A stretch of 64,000 nt of DNA from a virus (taxonomy: Duplodnaviria > Caudoviricetes): positions 64,001-128,000 of IMG/VR virus record IMGVR_UViG_3300025713_000650; one strand, 5' to 3'. Positions 1 through 8,944 of this stretch are shown in pieces; position 1 is the first letter of the stretch, and each line of letters opens with the position of its first letter. Under the pieces are notes generated by a model. That model was not told where the DNA came from, ran no database searches, and worked only from the letters and a program-made list of their open reading frames with translations. The translations under genes and the position numbers were made by a program.

Positions 1-1685
1 CCAACATTTAATTTACCAATTCCTTTTATTAATCCGAATAATGGTTTTCTTAACATCATAGCTAACAAAAATGGAGATAATAAAATTTTAGCTGGTAATA
101 AATATAATTTACCTAATAAATATAATAATAAAAATTGAATTTTTCCAATACCTTTACCGAAAAATTTCTTTTTATTTTCTTTTTCTAAGTCTTTACCCAT
201 TCCTTTTTTAAAGAATTTATTAAGATGACCCATTACAGATGCGTGTGTTTTTTCTGTTTTTTCTTTAAATTTATTTTTTACAGTTGAATATTTTTCCTTA
301 ATATCATTTTTTAAATCTTTTTTATGATATTCTCTAAATTGTTTATCATTTTTTAAGAGTGAAAGAAATTCTATTGATTTTTTAACATTCTCTTTTACAC
401 TTTCTTTTGTTTTTTTAACATTCTCTTTTACACTTTCTTTTGTTTTTTTATATTTTTCAGAAATTACATTTTTTATTGAATTTTCTGAAGTTTCTGAGAT
501 ATTTTCATTTTCTGCCTCTTTTTTACCGATAAAAGCAACTGCAAGATTTCTTAAATATTTTGTTTGATCTCTTATTGAAGCATATATAAAATTTAATGAA
601 GTGACAACAAATTGAATAGGATTTTTCTTAGCTTTTTGTAAATCAGACATTGCAGTAGATTTGGTTATCTTTGATATTAAATTTCTTATTGGGAAATTAA
701 AAATTTTTGATGCTGTAAAAATATATAATATTTTTCTAAATAAAGGACTTTTTAATAATCTTGCTCTAAATGATACAGCCAATTCATTTGATAAAGATGT
801 TATACCTGTTCTCATTTTCATTACTTCGGTAATTAATTTATCAAAATAAACCGAAATAACGGAAGCTGGTGAAATAACTTCTCCAGCATGAACATTTACT
901 AAACCACTTTTTTTAACAAAACCACCTTTTTTAAGTGATGGAATATCATCTAGTTCATTTTTAATATTTTTATTACCAAAAATTGCATGTTTAATACCAC
1001 TTAAAAATTTGAATGGGGATTTTATTAAAAAAGCTAAAAATTTAAATGGTAGTGCTATTGCTTTAAAAGGTAATTTTAATAATAATTTTATTGTATCTGT
1101 AATAAATCCAAAAATACCTCTCTTTTTAAATTCATCATGTGCATAATCAGCTGCATCTCTAAAATTCTCTTTCATTCTGTCGGCAAAAGATGAAAAAACT
1201 CTTGTATCCATAAATTTTGATACAAAATAACCAAAAATTGGTGTTGATTGTGCTAACATTGTAGCCATGTAATTAGATTTATTAAATTGTATATCTTCAT
1301 TTATTGTTGATGATATTTTAGTAACCGCATGTTTTGATGATTTAGCAGTTCCTACTAAAATATTTTTTGCTGTTTTAGATACATCATCAACAACAAAACC
1401 TAATTTTCTAAGAATAACCACAATTGAATTATTTACTTCTTTAATTCCTTCAGCATATCCTATTTCTTTTGTTCTTAACATTTTTGCAGATTCTAACTGA
1501 GTTTTAGAAACAGAAGAAATTCTTTTTGTAATTTCATTCAATTGTTTAGTATTTTTTTCTTGATATTTTCTTATTAAATCAACAGTAGAATCGATTTTAT
1601 ATAAATTATTATTTTCATCTTCTAAATCTGATTCATTAGCTAAATCTTCAATATCATCAAAATCATCATAATCATCATAATCCAT
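1..1685 (-). CDS. Probable tape-measure-like virion protein (3' end runs off the window; not in the ORF track)
   Basis: Open minus-strand frame from ATG at 1685 (MDYDDYDDFDDIEDL...) to the window edge. Helical, with amphipathic repeats (LPFKAIALPFKFLAFLIKSPFKF) and a KKGGFVKKSGLVNVHAGEVISP motif typical of tape-measure proteins. Lies directly after the terminase. Confidence 0.6.
   Translation of the reverse strand, partial: MDYDDYDDFDDIEDLANESDLEDENNNLYKIDSTVDLIRKYQEKNTKQLNEITKRISSVSKTQLESAKMLRTKEIGYAEGIKEVNNSIVVILRKLGFVVDDVSKTAKNILVGTAKSSKHAVTKISSTINEDIQFNKSNYMATMLAQSTPIFGYFVSKFMDTRVFSSFADRMKENFRDAADYAHDEFKKRGIFGFITDTIKLLLKLPFKAIALPFKFLAFLIKSPFKFLSGIKHAIFGNKNIKNELDDIPSLKKGGFVKKSGLVNVHAGEVISPASVISVYFDKLITEVMKMRTGITSLSNELAVSFRARLLKSPLFRKILYIFTASKIFNFPIRNLISKITKSTAMSDLQKAKKNPIQFVVTSLNFIYASIRDQTKYLRNLAVAFIGKKEAENENISETSENSIKNVISEKYKKTKESVKENVKKTKESVKENVKKSIEFLSLLKNDKQFREYHKKDLKNDIKEKYSTVKNKFKEKTEKTHASVMGHLNKFFKKGMGKDLEKENKKKFFGKGIGKIQFLLLYLLGKLYLLPAKILLSPFLLAMMLRKPLFGLIKGIGKLNV
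378..450. repeat. 33-bp tandem repeat (about 2.2 copies) encoding KKTKESVKENV
   Basis: tttaacattctcttttacactttcttttgtttt at 381-413 and 414-446. Confidence 0.9.
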
Positions 1686-1691
1686 TTATTT

Positions 1692-3314
1692 TTAACTCCT
1701 TATAAATGTTATCATATCAACATATGAAGAATTTAAATTTTTATCTTTTATTTGTTTTAACAAATCTGAATTAATATTATTCATATTCTTAAATTCATTT
1801 TCTATTGATTCATCATTATTTAATACTATAATATCATTGAAGTTTTTCATAACTATACTATCTTTTTTCTCCAAAATTAAAGGTGGATCATATTCTCTAA
1901 CATAATAACACAATGAAATAGATAAAGCCAAGTCATCTTTACAACCTGTATCTGCTTCAACTTTTCCGTTTTTCTTTTCAACTAATCCTATCAATTGCAT
2001 TGCAGTTCTTGATGATTTAATACTATTGGTATATTGGGTAATATATTTATATAATGCATTAATCATTAAAGGTCTTGTTTTTAAATTTGTTGTTAAACCG
2101 GAAGATACTTTACCTTCACTCTTTTTCTCTTTATAAATTGGAATATTATTTTCCGTTTTATTATCGAAATATTCAACTACTTGATTTCCATAAGAATTTT
2201 TTTCAATAATTAATAGACCGTGGAACCTATGAGCTACATATTCAATTATCTTACAAAAATTTGTAACTGATATTTTTCCTTTATATTCTGCAACTTGTTC
2301 TGCTGTCTCATAATCAATTACATTAATTGCAGATTCATCTGATCCAAATTCAGGTGCAGTATCAACACCTATCAAATAGTAAGAATCATTGTTTGGCTCT
2401 TCAAATTCCCAAAATTCAGAATTAAAAAGTTTAACTTTCTTTCTGGGTTCTCCCTTATCTTCTTGTAATATAATACAAACTTTATCATCAAAGAATGATC
2501 CACCAGAAGGTAAGAATTTTAATTCCAATTCCTGTTCAATTTTCTTTGGATCATTATCAAATAATCTACATTGAGTATTATACCATTCAGGATCATTAGC
2601 TAATTCTGGAATCATTTTCCAATGAATTATAAATGGTTTGAAAATACTATCATAATCATCAGATATAGCTTGAGTATATTTTTTATAATACCAAGCTCCT
2701 GTACCCATTGTTTTATTAGGGGTACTTAATATAATAGTTCCATAAGGGATCCCAGAATTTCTTGCATGTTTTTGAGATGTCGATAAAGCCGGAACCATTG
2801 AAGTCCAAGCTTCATCAATATTTTTAATAAATGCAGCTTCATCAATTACTAAAAATGTAATTGGTTTACCTCTTAATGTTTTTTCAGGAGCTTGAGGATT
2901 AACAGTTGCCGCAAATACTTTAGAACCATTTTTTAAAATAAAACTCTGTTCTGTGTATTTATCAAATCCTGGATTCATCCATGATGGTAACTTCTCGACC
3001 ATTCCTCTAACAGCTCTAGCAAAATCTGTAGCTTCTTTTCCATCCTTTGATATAATTCCAACTACAACATTATCAAAAAATACAACTAACCATGAACATA
3101 ATGCCTGAATAATAGTTGAAATTCCAACCTGTCTACTTTTTAAAACTAAAAGATATCTTTCAATTAATAATTTTTCTATTAATTCTTTTTGTTTATCATA
3201 AGGTTTTAAAAGAATATCTCCACCTGGAATCTCAATTAAAACATGATTTTCACAATAATGTTCAAAAGACTCTTTACATTTTATAAATTCCTTTACTTGT
3301 TGAAGTTTTGTCAT
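1692..3314 (-). CDS. terL: Terminase large subunit (T4 gp17-like)
   Basis: LKSRQVGIST Walker A, LRGK...LVIDEAAF Walker B, ILSTP coupling motif, C-terminal RNase H-like nuclease (IGVDTA...IEKN...KDDLA). Confidence 0.95.
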   Translation of the reverse strand: MTKLQQVKEFIKCKESFEHYCENHVLIEIPGGDILLKPYDKQKELIEKLLIERYLLVLKSRQVGISTIIQALCSWLVVFFDNVVVGIISKDGKEATDFARAVRGMVEKLPSWMNPGFDKYTEQSFILKNGSKVFAATVNPQAPEKTLRGKPITFLVIDEAAFIKNIDEAWTSMVPALSTSQKHARNSGIPYGTIILSTPNKTMGTGAWYYKKYTQAISDDYDSIFKPFIIHWKMIPELANDPEWYNTQCRLFDNDPKKIEQELELKFLPSGGSFFDDKVCIILQEDKGEPRKKVKLFNSEFWEFEEPNNDSYYLIGVDTAPEFGSDESAINVIDYETAEQVAEYKGKISVTNFCKIIEYVAHRFHGLLIIEKNSYGNQVVEYFDNKTENNIPIYKEKKSEGKVSSGLTTNLKTRPLMINALYKYITQYTNSIKSSRTAMQLIGLVEKKNGKVEADTGCKDDLALSISLCYYVREYDPPLILEKKDSIVMKNFNDIIVLNNDESIENEFKNMNNINSDLLKQIKDKNLNSSYVDMITFIRS

Positions 3315-3335
3315 TTAAATTATCCAATTAAAATT

Positions 3336-4586
3336 TTATAGTGTTTTATTTGTTCTTATTAATATTAATTTAGCAAAACTCATCCAATTTCTTACAGATT
3401 CTCTTGAAAATGATAAATCTGATGACTTTAAAATATATTTACCACTTAAATCAATATATTCTAATGTCCCTGTTTTAAGCATTACAGGTTCACCAATTTT
3501 CATTAAATTTAAAATAGGTAAATTTTTCTCTAAATTTACAATCACATTTGATAATCCTATAATTGATCTGGCTATTCTGGAATTTGCAAAAACATCAGAA
3601 AGTTCATTACCCGTTTGTGTTGTTTTATATGTTTCTCTTTCATTTAAAATTGGATCAATAAATAATTCTTTATTTTTAACATTTGCTCCAAAATCAGAAC
3701 AAATTTTTTCTAAATCCTGTGAAATAATATGATATAATCTATCACTAGGTTTAACAATATGATTAATTTTTTTAGATAATGAAGCTAATTTTGTATTTCC
3801 AGAATATGTGTTAACTAATGAATCATAAGAATAAAAATTTTCACCGTCTATACATTTATTAATAATCTTTTTATTATCTTCACCATCTGTTGATAATTGA
3901 TAAATATTAAAAATTTGACTTTTTGTTATTCTTTTTGATAAATTAAAAACATTAAAAACATTATCATATTGACAAAAACCTGAATTTGAAGCGCCATTAT
4001 AAATACCAAAATTATTATCTAAATATCTAATAACTTTATTTAATGGCATAGGTGGTATAACTATTTGTTCAATTTTTTCATTATTAATATTATCATTGTC
4101 AATATTTAATTTAGCTTTTGTATTTTTTGAAACAAAATCGCTAATTATTTCTTTACAAGTTTTGTTAATATAAATCTCATTTATTAATGTACTTGTTGTT
4201 TTAAATGCATTTCTAGGTACAGTTACAAATGTTACTCTTTCTAAAAATTTATTATCTTCTTTAGATTGAGTATTTCTTATAGTCATTTTTGAATCTGAAC
4301 TTAAATGAATTAATTCCATTCTTATTTCTTCTGTAAATTGATTTTCAGTTCCTCTTCCCAAATATCTAATTATAAGATTAATGGGATCTTTACCATAAAT
4401 TCTTTCAAAAATAATATCAGTTTGATCTAAAATCATTTCTAGAATAACAATTTGATATGAACTAACTAAACTTGAAATTATCCTTAATGAAATAAGATCA
4501 TTTGAATAATCAAGATTATTAATTTTAACCTGAATATCATATCCAGTATCTGGTATATTTCTTCTTTTTATTTCTGGCATTGACAA
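3336..4586 (-). CDS. Putative baseplate hub / tail protein
   Basis: Size, beta-rich N- and C-termini (LSGKYILKS) and IVIPPM..KVIRYL resemble gp27/gpD-type hub proteins; structural context. Confidence 0.45.
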   Translation of the reverse strand: MSMPEIKRRNIPDTGYDIQVKINNLDYSNDLISLRIISSLVSSYQIVILEMILDQTDIIFERIYGKDPINLIIRYLGRGTENQFTEEIRMELIHLSSDSKMTIRNTQSKEDNKFLERVTFVTVPRNAFKTTSTLINEIYINKTCKEIISDFVSKNTKAKLNIDNDNINNEKIEQIVIPPMPLNKVIRYLDNNFGIYNGASNSGFCQYDNVFNVFNLSKRITKSQIFNIYQLSTDGEDNKKIINKCIDGENFYSYDSLVNTYSGNTKLASLSKKINHIVKPSDRLYHIISQDLEKICSDFGANVKNKELFIDPILNERETYKTTQTGNELSDVFANSRIARSIIGLSNVIVNLEKNLPILNLMKIGEPVMLKTGTLEYIDLSGKYILKSSDLSFSRESVRNWMSFAKLILIRTNKTL

Positions 4587-4604
4587 CCTTTTTTAATTCT
4601 TATT

Positions 4605-4617
4605 TATGTATTTGTTC
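4605..4617 (-). promoter_or_regulatory. Candidate late promoter GAACAAATACATA
   Basis: GAACAAA motif just after a terminator and upstream of the structural operon; recurs at 40184-40190 and 48308-48314. Confidence 0.4.
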
Positions 4618-4630
4618 TGGGTTCTAAAAC

Positions 4631-4673
4631 AAAAAAAAAGGATTTATCTATTATTAAAGATAAATCCTTTTTT
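4631..4673 (-). terminator. Intrinsic terminator (bidirectional-looking)
   Basis: aaaaaaggatttatct-N8-agataaatcctttttt hairpin with A/T tracts, downstream of 4693..5574. Confidence 0.8.
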
Positions 4674-4692
4674 AAATATTTTTTAAGAATTT

Positions 4693-5574
4693 TTAGGCGG
4701 CAATTCTTTGAGATTCGATAAATTCTAACATTCTATTTGGAATAACCATAAATCTTTCAACAATATTTTCAAGAAGAACTTTTGCATTAAGATTACCTTC
4801 ATTTGTTGTAAATTTTGATAATGCCATAAACAAATCCCAACTTGAAATTGAATTGTTATTTTGACGGATTTCATTTATTGAATTGGAAACTAATTCTCTT
4901 CTTTTCTTACCCAATGAATCAATAACATCAAGAATCTGTAATAATGTTTCTTCATTTATTTGTTTTTCCATATTAACTTCGATTAATGACGAAAGATTAC
5001 CTGACATAACTTGAATATAATTGTTAATATTATCGTAAAATGTATTTGAACTTCCTTTAATATGGATTTTATCTATTGTTCCAAAAGATTTTCTCATTGT
5101 TAAGGTATTTGAAATTACATTTTCTCTTAATATTGAAAATCCAAATGAAATTTTTACAAGATGAGTCCCATTATATGAATTGACAATCGTAACCATTGGG
5201 TGAATATCACCATCTCTTGATGGAAAACTGTTGTTTCTTATTATCATTTCATTTAACATCACTGTTAATTTTGGATTAAGATTACATTTTTCAATTATTT
5301 CTGCATTTCCATCATTTAATGATTCAATTACTTCATTAACTATGTTTTCATTACCTTCAAAATGATATAAATGAGATACTATTCCTTGATATTCATATGA
5401 TGGTTCTTCTTCGGGTTTTGCTGTATATAAAGCCAAAATTGGAATTTCTTCTTTAGAATTCTTTGTCTCAACTAATTCATAAAATAATTTTGAATATTTA
5501 TCTCCATATTTAAATGTATCGTTTTCAAAAATAAGACCACTATTTACAAGTCTTTCAATATTTTCAGGAACCAT
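4693..5574 (-). CDS. DUF932-like protein
   Basis: IVNSYNGT...SFG...IH..G and SWDLFMALSKFTT resemble the DUF932 NS.DG and W..YNA.T motifs. Confidence 0.5.
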   Translation of the reverse strand: MVPENIERLVNSGLIFENDTFKYGDKYSKLFYELVETKNSKEEIPILALYTAKPEEEPSYEYQGIVSHLYHFEGNENIVNEVIESLNDGNAEIIEKCNLNPKLTVMLNEMIIRNNSFPSRDGDIHPMVTIVNSYNGTHLVKISFGFSILRENVISNTLTMRKSFGTIDKIHIKGSSNTFYDNINNYIQVMSGNLSSLIEVNMEKQINEETLLQILDVIDSLGKKRRELVSNSINEIRQNNNSISSWDLFMALSKFTTNEGNLNAKVLLENIVERFMVIPNRMLEFIESQRIAA

Positions 5575-5587
5575 AAATTCTCCTTTT

Positions 5588-6187
5588 TTATCTTATTCTT
5601 CGAGCTTTTGCTCTTAAATAAATATCTCTTCCATCAAAGTTAAAATCTTTTTCAATTGAAATTATTTTAAAGTAATTTTCAGCTTCAATAAAATATTTTA
5701 ATCTATCTTCTGACCATAAACTAAGATGAGGAGATGGTTGATCTGCTAATAATTCATAAGTTAATAAAAGATCCAATGAATGCCAACTTGGATCATTAAT
5801 ATCTTCATCTATTAACATTTTTGCTAATTTATGTGAATCTGGAACAATAATATCTATTTCTCCATTTAATTTCAATGATGTTGCCAACAAATATAAGAAA
5901 TATTGAATATTAGATTTTGAAACATGTTCTAAAAATCTATAAACAGTAATTATATTAAATTTTAAAATAGTTTTTTCTAAAAATTCAAAAATATCAGAAT
6001 TTATAAATATATTATTGTTTTTATTTGATTTATCATTCACGATAAAATCTTCAACTTCATCAATTTTATATTTGCTATAATATCCTAAATCAACATTTAA
6101 TAAATTATATGTTAGATTATATTTATCAACATCAATTGATTTTATTTTTCCTCCGGCTGCATTTAAAACAAGAAATTTACTTTCCAT
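5588..6187 (-). CDS. SAM-dependent methyltransferase-like protein
   Basis: VLNAAGG motif I, NVD, FLEHV...LKLNGEIDIIVPD pattern of class I methyltransferases. Confidence 0.7.
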   Translation of the reverse strand: MESKFLVLNAAGGKIKSIDVDKYNLTYNLLNVDLGYYSKYKIDEVEDFIVNDKSNKNNNIFINSDIFEFLEKTILKFNIITVYRFLEHVSKSNIQYFLYLLATSLKLNGEIDIIVPDSHKLAKMLIDEDINDPSWHSLDLLLTYELLADQPSPHLSLWSEDRLKYFIEAENYFKIISIEKDFNFDGRDIYLRAKARRIR

Positions 6188-6197
6188 ATTTTTCCTC

Positions 6198-6920
6198 TCA
6201 TATGAAATCCATTACTAATCCTTTGACAAAATCGTATAAATAAATTTCTAAATATTTACTTTTTTGAATATCATTTGAATCTATTAAATTAATTGAATTT
6301 TTATTTATTTTTATTTCACCATATTCATAGAAAAATAATCTATAATGTAAATCATCATAAGGAATACAAAATAATTCAATATCATCACTTTGATAAATAT
6401 ATTCTTTAATATTTTCTATTCCTTTAAAAATTTCGATTTTACTAACATAATTAATTTCTAATAACTTTCTATAAATTTCATTTAATTTCTTATATAAATC
6501 TGCAATACCCTTAATTATTAATTCATTTTTATTTGTTAACGCAATAAACTTGGTTTTATCAACTGATATTATCATTTTAGTAAAAATATTTCTTAATTCT
6601 AATGGTAAATAAAGATCTCTATTCTTTAATAATTTATTACTTAAAAAACCATCATATTGTCTTAATATAATGTTATTATCTTTAAGTTCATTTCTTTTGA
6701 TATATTCAGAAATTATATTATTTGTTGTTTCTTTTAAGATATTAGATATTACTTTATTTTGACCCATTAACTTTCCAATTTGGATATTTCTTTTCGTTTT
6801 ATCATTTTTATCTATATTCGATAAATCATATCCTAATGATTTCAAAATATTAAAATGACATGCTGATATATCATATGAATAAATGTCGGTTAAGAAAAAT
6901 TTTTCTGAGTTAATTTTCAT
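6198..6920 (-). CDS. Minimal family-B DNA polymerase-like protein (no exonuclease domain)
   Basis: YDISACH (motif A), KTKRNIQIG (KxxxNxxxG, motif B), QYDG (motif C), KTKFIAL...IKGI (KKRY/KG), C-terminal I.KSKYLE thumb-like segment. Confidence 0.55.
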   Translation of the reverse strand: MKINSEKFFLTDIYSYDISACHFNILKSLGYDLSNIDKNDKTKRNIQIGKLMGQNKVISNILKETTNNIISEYIKRNELKDNNIILRQYDGFLSNKLLKNRDLYLPLELRNIFTKMIISVDKTKFIALTNKNELIIKGIADLYKKLNEIYRKLLEINYVSKIEIFKGIENIKEYIYQSDDIELFCIPYDDLHYRLFFYEYGEIKINKNSINLIDSNDIQKSKYLEIYLYDFVKGLVMDFI

Positions 6921-6930
6921 ATTATTTTTG

Positions 6931-6970
6931 AAAAAGGGATATATCCCTTTTTTCGAGGATATATCCCTTT
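6931..6970 (-). terminator. Terminator/palindrome with duplicated ggatatatcccttt
   Basis: aaaaagggatatatcccttttt palindrome, plus alternative pairing with a second ggatatatcccttt. Confidence 0.65.
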
Positions 6971-6981
6971 ATTTTTTGAAT

Positions 6982-7824
6982 TTAGTTTGAGAAAATCTTT
7001 AAAAGAATATTATCAATTAATAGATGATGGTTAATATCAATTGCATCACTATATTTTTCATTAAAATACTTAATTAAATCTAAATTTGAAGTAATATTTT
7101 CTTGTGTCTTTGAAAATGGCTTATAAAGAAGCATAACATTTTCTTTATTTACATCATTTTCGATAATCGAATCTATGTGATTTGAAATATCTTCAATATT
7201 TTGGGAAAAACCCTCAATATCTACATTTGATATATTTCTATTCTTAATTTTTGTATAAAAATAGGGAATAAAATATTCCCTTGTTTCTTCATTTTCAATA
7301 ATTGTCTTTTTATACATTGCAAAACAATGAATCCCCGAACTAACAATATAACATCTTGTATATATATTATCAGATAAACGAATATTTACTCTAATTGTAC
7401 CATTTCGATAACACATCATATCATCGCTTGCTAAATCTGGAATGATAAACTTTTTTGTATTCTTTAAAAGAAATAATTCTTTGAGATCTGGATTTGTAAG
7501 ATTTATTGACTTTAGAATAATTGTATCTGATTCAATATCAGGCATTTCAAGTCTAATACGCCTGATATTTATAGATTCCCTAGTGATAAACTTTTCAATC
7601 CATTCATATAAATTAATAATGGGGATTGAAATTGTAGATACCTGATCATCTAAAATTTCATTTGTTTCTTGAGTATTTAATTCTTGAGTACTTTCTTCAT
7701 TTTCAATTTCTTCTGATCTTACTTCAATTTCTTCATTAATTTCAGTTTCATCAGAATCTAAATTTTCAACATTGACGTTCTCAATTTCTTCTCTGTATTC
7801 ATTAATTTCCCTGACTAGATTCAT
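6982..7824 (-). CDS. Hypothetical protein with acidic N-terminus
   Basis: 280-aa ORF, GGAGGAG RBS. Confidence 0.75.
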   Translation of the reverse strand: MNLVREINEYREEIENVNVENLDSDETEINEEIEVRSEEIENEESTQELNTQETNEILDDQVSTISIPIINLYEWIEKFITRESINIRRIRLEMPDIESDTIILKSINLTNPDLKELFLLKNTKKFIIPDLASDDMMCYRNGTIRVNIRLSDNIYTRCYIVSSGIHCFAMYKKTIIENEETREYFIPYFYTKIKNRNISNVDIEGFSQNIEDISNHIDSIIENDVNKENVMLLYKPFSKTQENITSNLDLIKYFNEKYSDAIDINHHLLIDNILLKIFSN

Positions 7825-8044
7825 TATTCTCCTCCAATTTTTTTATTGTTATTCTTTTCTTACCTTCATTAATATAAAGTATTTTATAAATCTCATTATT
7901 AATTTTAATATTTTGTTTTAATTTTAAATTTATTTTTTCATTATCATTTAATAATCTAATAGAAAATGTTTTATTTTTTTCATTATAATAACAAACTTCA
8001 TATTCTAAAAGATTAATAATATAAATTTCTTCAATTTTCAACAT
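7802..8044 (-). CDS. Hypothetical protein
   Basis: 80-aa ORF, AGGAG RBS, operon packing. Confidence 0.6.
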   Translation of the reverse strand: MLKIEEIYIINLLEYEVCYYNEKNKTFSIRLLNDNEKINLKLKQNIKINNEIYKILYINEGKKRITIKKLEENNESSQGN

Positions 8045-8057
8045 AAAAAATACTCCT

Positions 8058-8921
8058 TTAGATGATATTTAATTCATTAAAACCATTTTCGATACCTTTC
8101 CAATTGATTGCAATTGCTTCATGAGTATGAATACTTTCAAAATGAGTGCATTTTACAATCCAATCTAAAATCCGTTTATCATTATCTAAATTATTTGAAA
8201 TATAACGAACTGCATCTTCAACAAACATTGTATTTTCATATGATACTCTTGCAAATTCCTGTTCATCAACTCTTCTAAGAATAGGAACAGGAGATGTTTT
8301 TACCGCATCTTCAACTAATTTTATAATATCTTCTAACCATAAAGTATCATCTAAAATATTTGGTAGAACTAAAACATTAGCATAACTTCTTTGTGCGTGG
8401 GGGTAACCATGTTTATCTGAAAATTCAAGATGATTACATAAAGAAGCACTACATGGACAATAACTTGCATAAGGAACTTTAACTCTTTGTAAAAATCTAA
8501 AAGAATTTTTAATAAGTCTTCCTTCAAAAGAACATTTATAAAACTGAGGGAATTTTAATTTAGTAATTGGAGCTTCCTTTATTATAGGAAAATCAAAATC
8601 AAACCGTATATAACTATCATCTGAATTGGTTTCTACTGCATTTTTAAATTCACTAAGAATATCAATTAATAATCTATGTTTTAATGGTAATTCTAGATAT
8701 TTAATTAAGGTTCTCATTAACATACTCATTGAGATACCTTTTTTATCTGAATCTAAATTTGTAGACATAGAAATATTTGATAGAATTTTTTGATAACCAC
8801 CATTTTTAATTTCTAAAACAATATTTGTCCTTACATTTTCAACACCCACTTGTCTTATTGGAATCTTAAATTCAGGTTCTGTTGTATGTTGAATATCAGG
8901 AAGGTCAGGAACATTTTTCAT
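8058..8921 (-). CDS. folE2: GTP cyclohydrolase IB (FolE2)
   Basis: PIRQVGV, KGISMS, YCPCS, PHAQRS, RRVDEQ, MFVEDAVR, ESIHTHEA. Confidence 0.95.
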   Translation of the reverse strand: MKNVPDLPDIQHTTEPEFKIPIRQVGVENVRTNIVLEIKNGGYQKILSNISMSTNLDSDKKGISMSMLMRTLIKYLELPLKHRLLIDILSEFKNAVETNSDDSYIRFDFDFPIIKEAPITKLKFPQFYKCSFEGRLIKNSFRFLQRVKVPYASYCPCSASLCNHLEFSDKHGYPHAQRSYANVLVLPNILDDTLWLEDIIKLVEDAVKTSPVPILRRVDEQEFARVSYENTMFVEDAVRYISNNLDNDKRILDWIVKCTHFESIHTHEAIAINWKGIENGFNELNII

Positions 8922-8944
8922 TTGCAGTTTTTCTCCTTATATTT

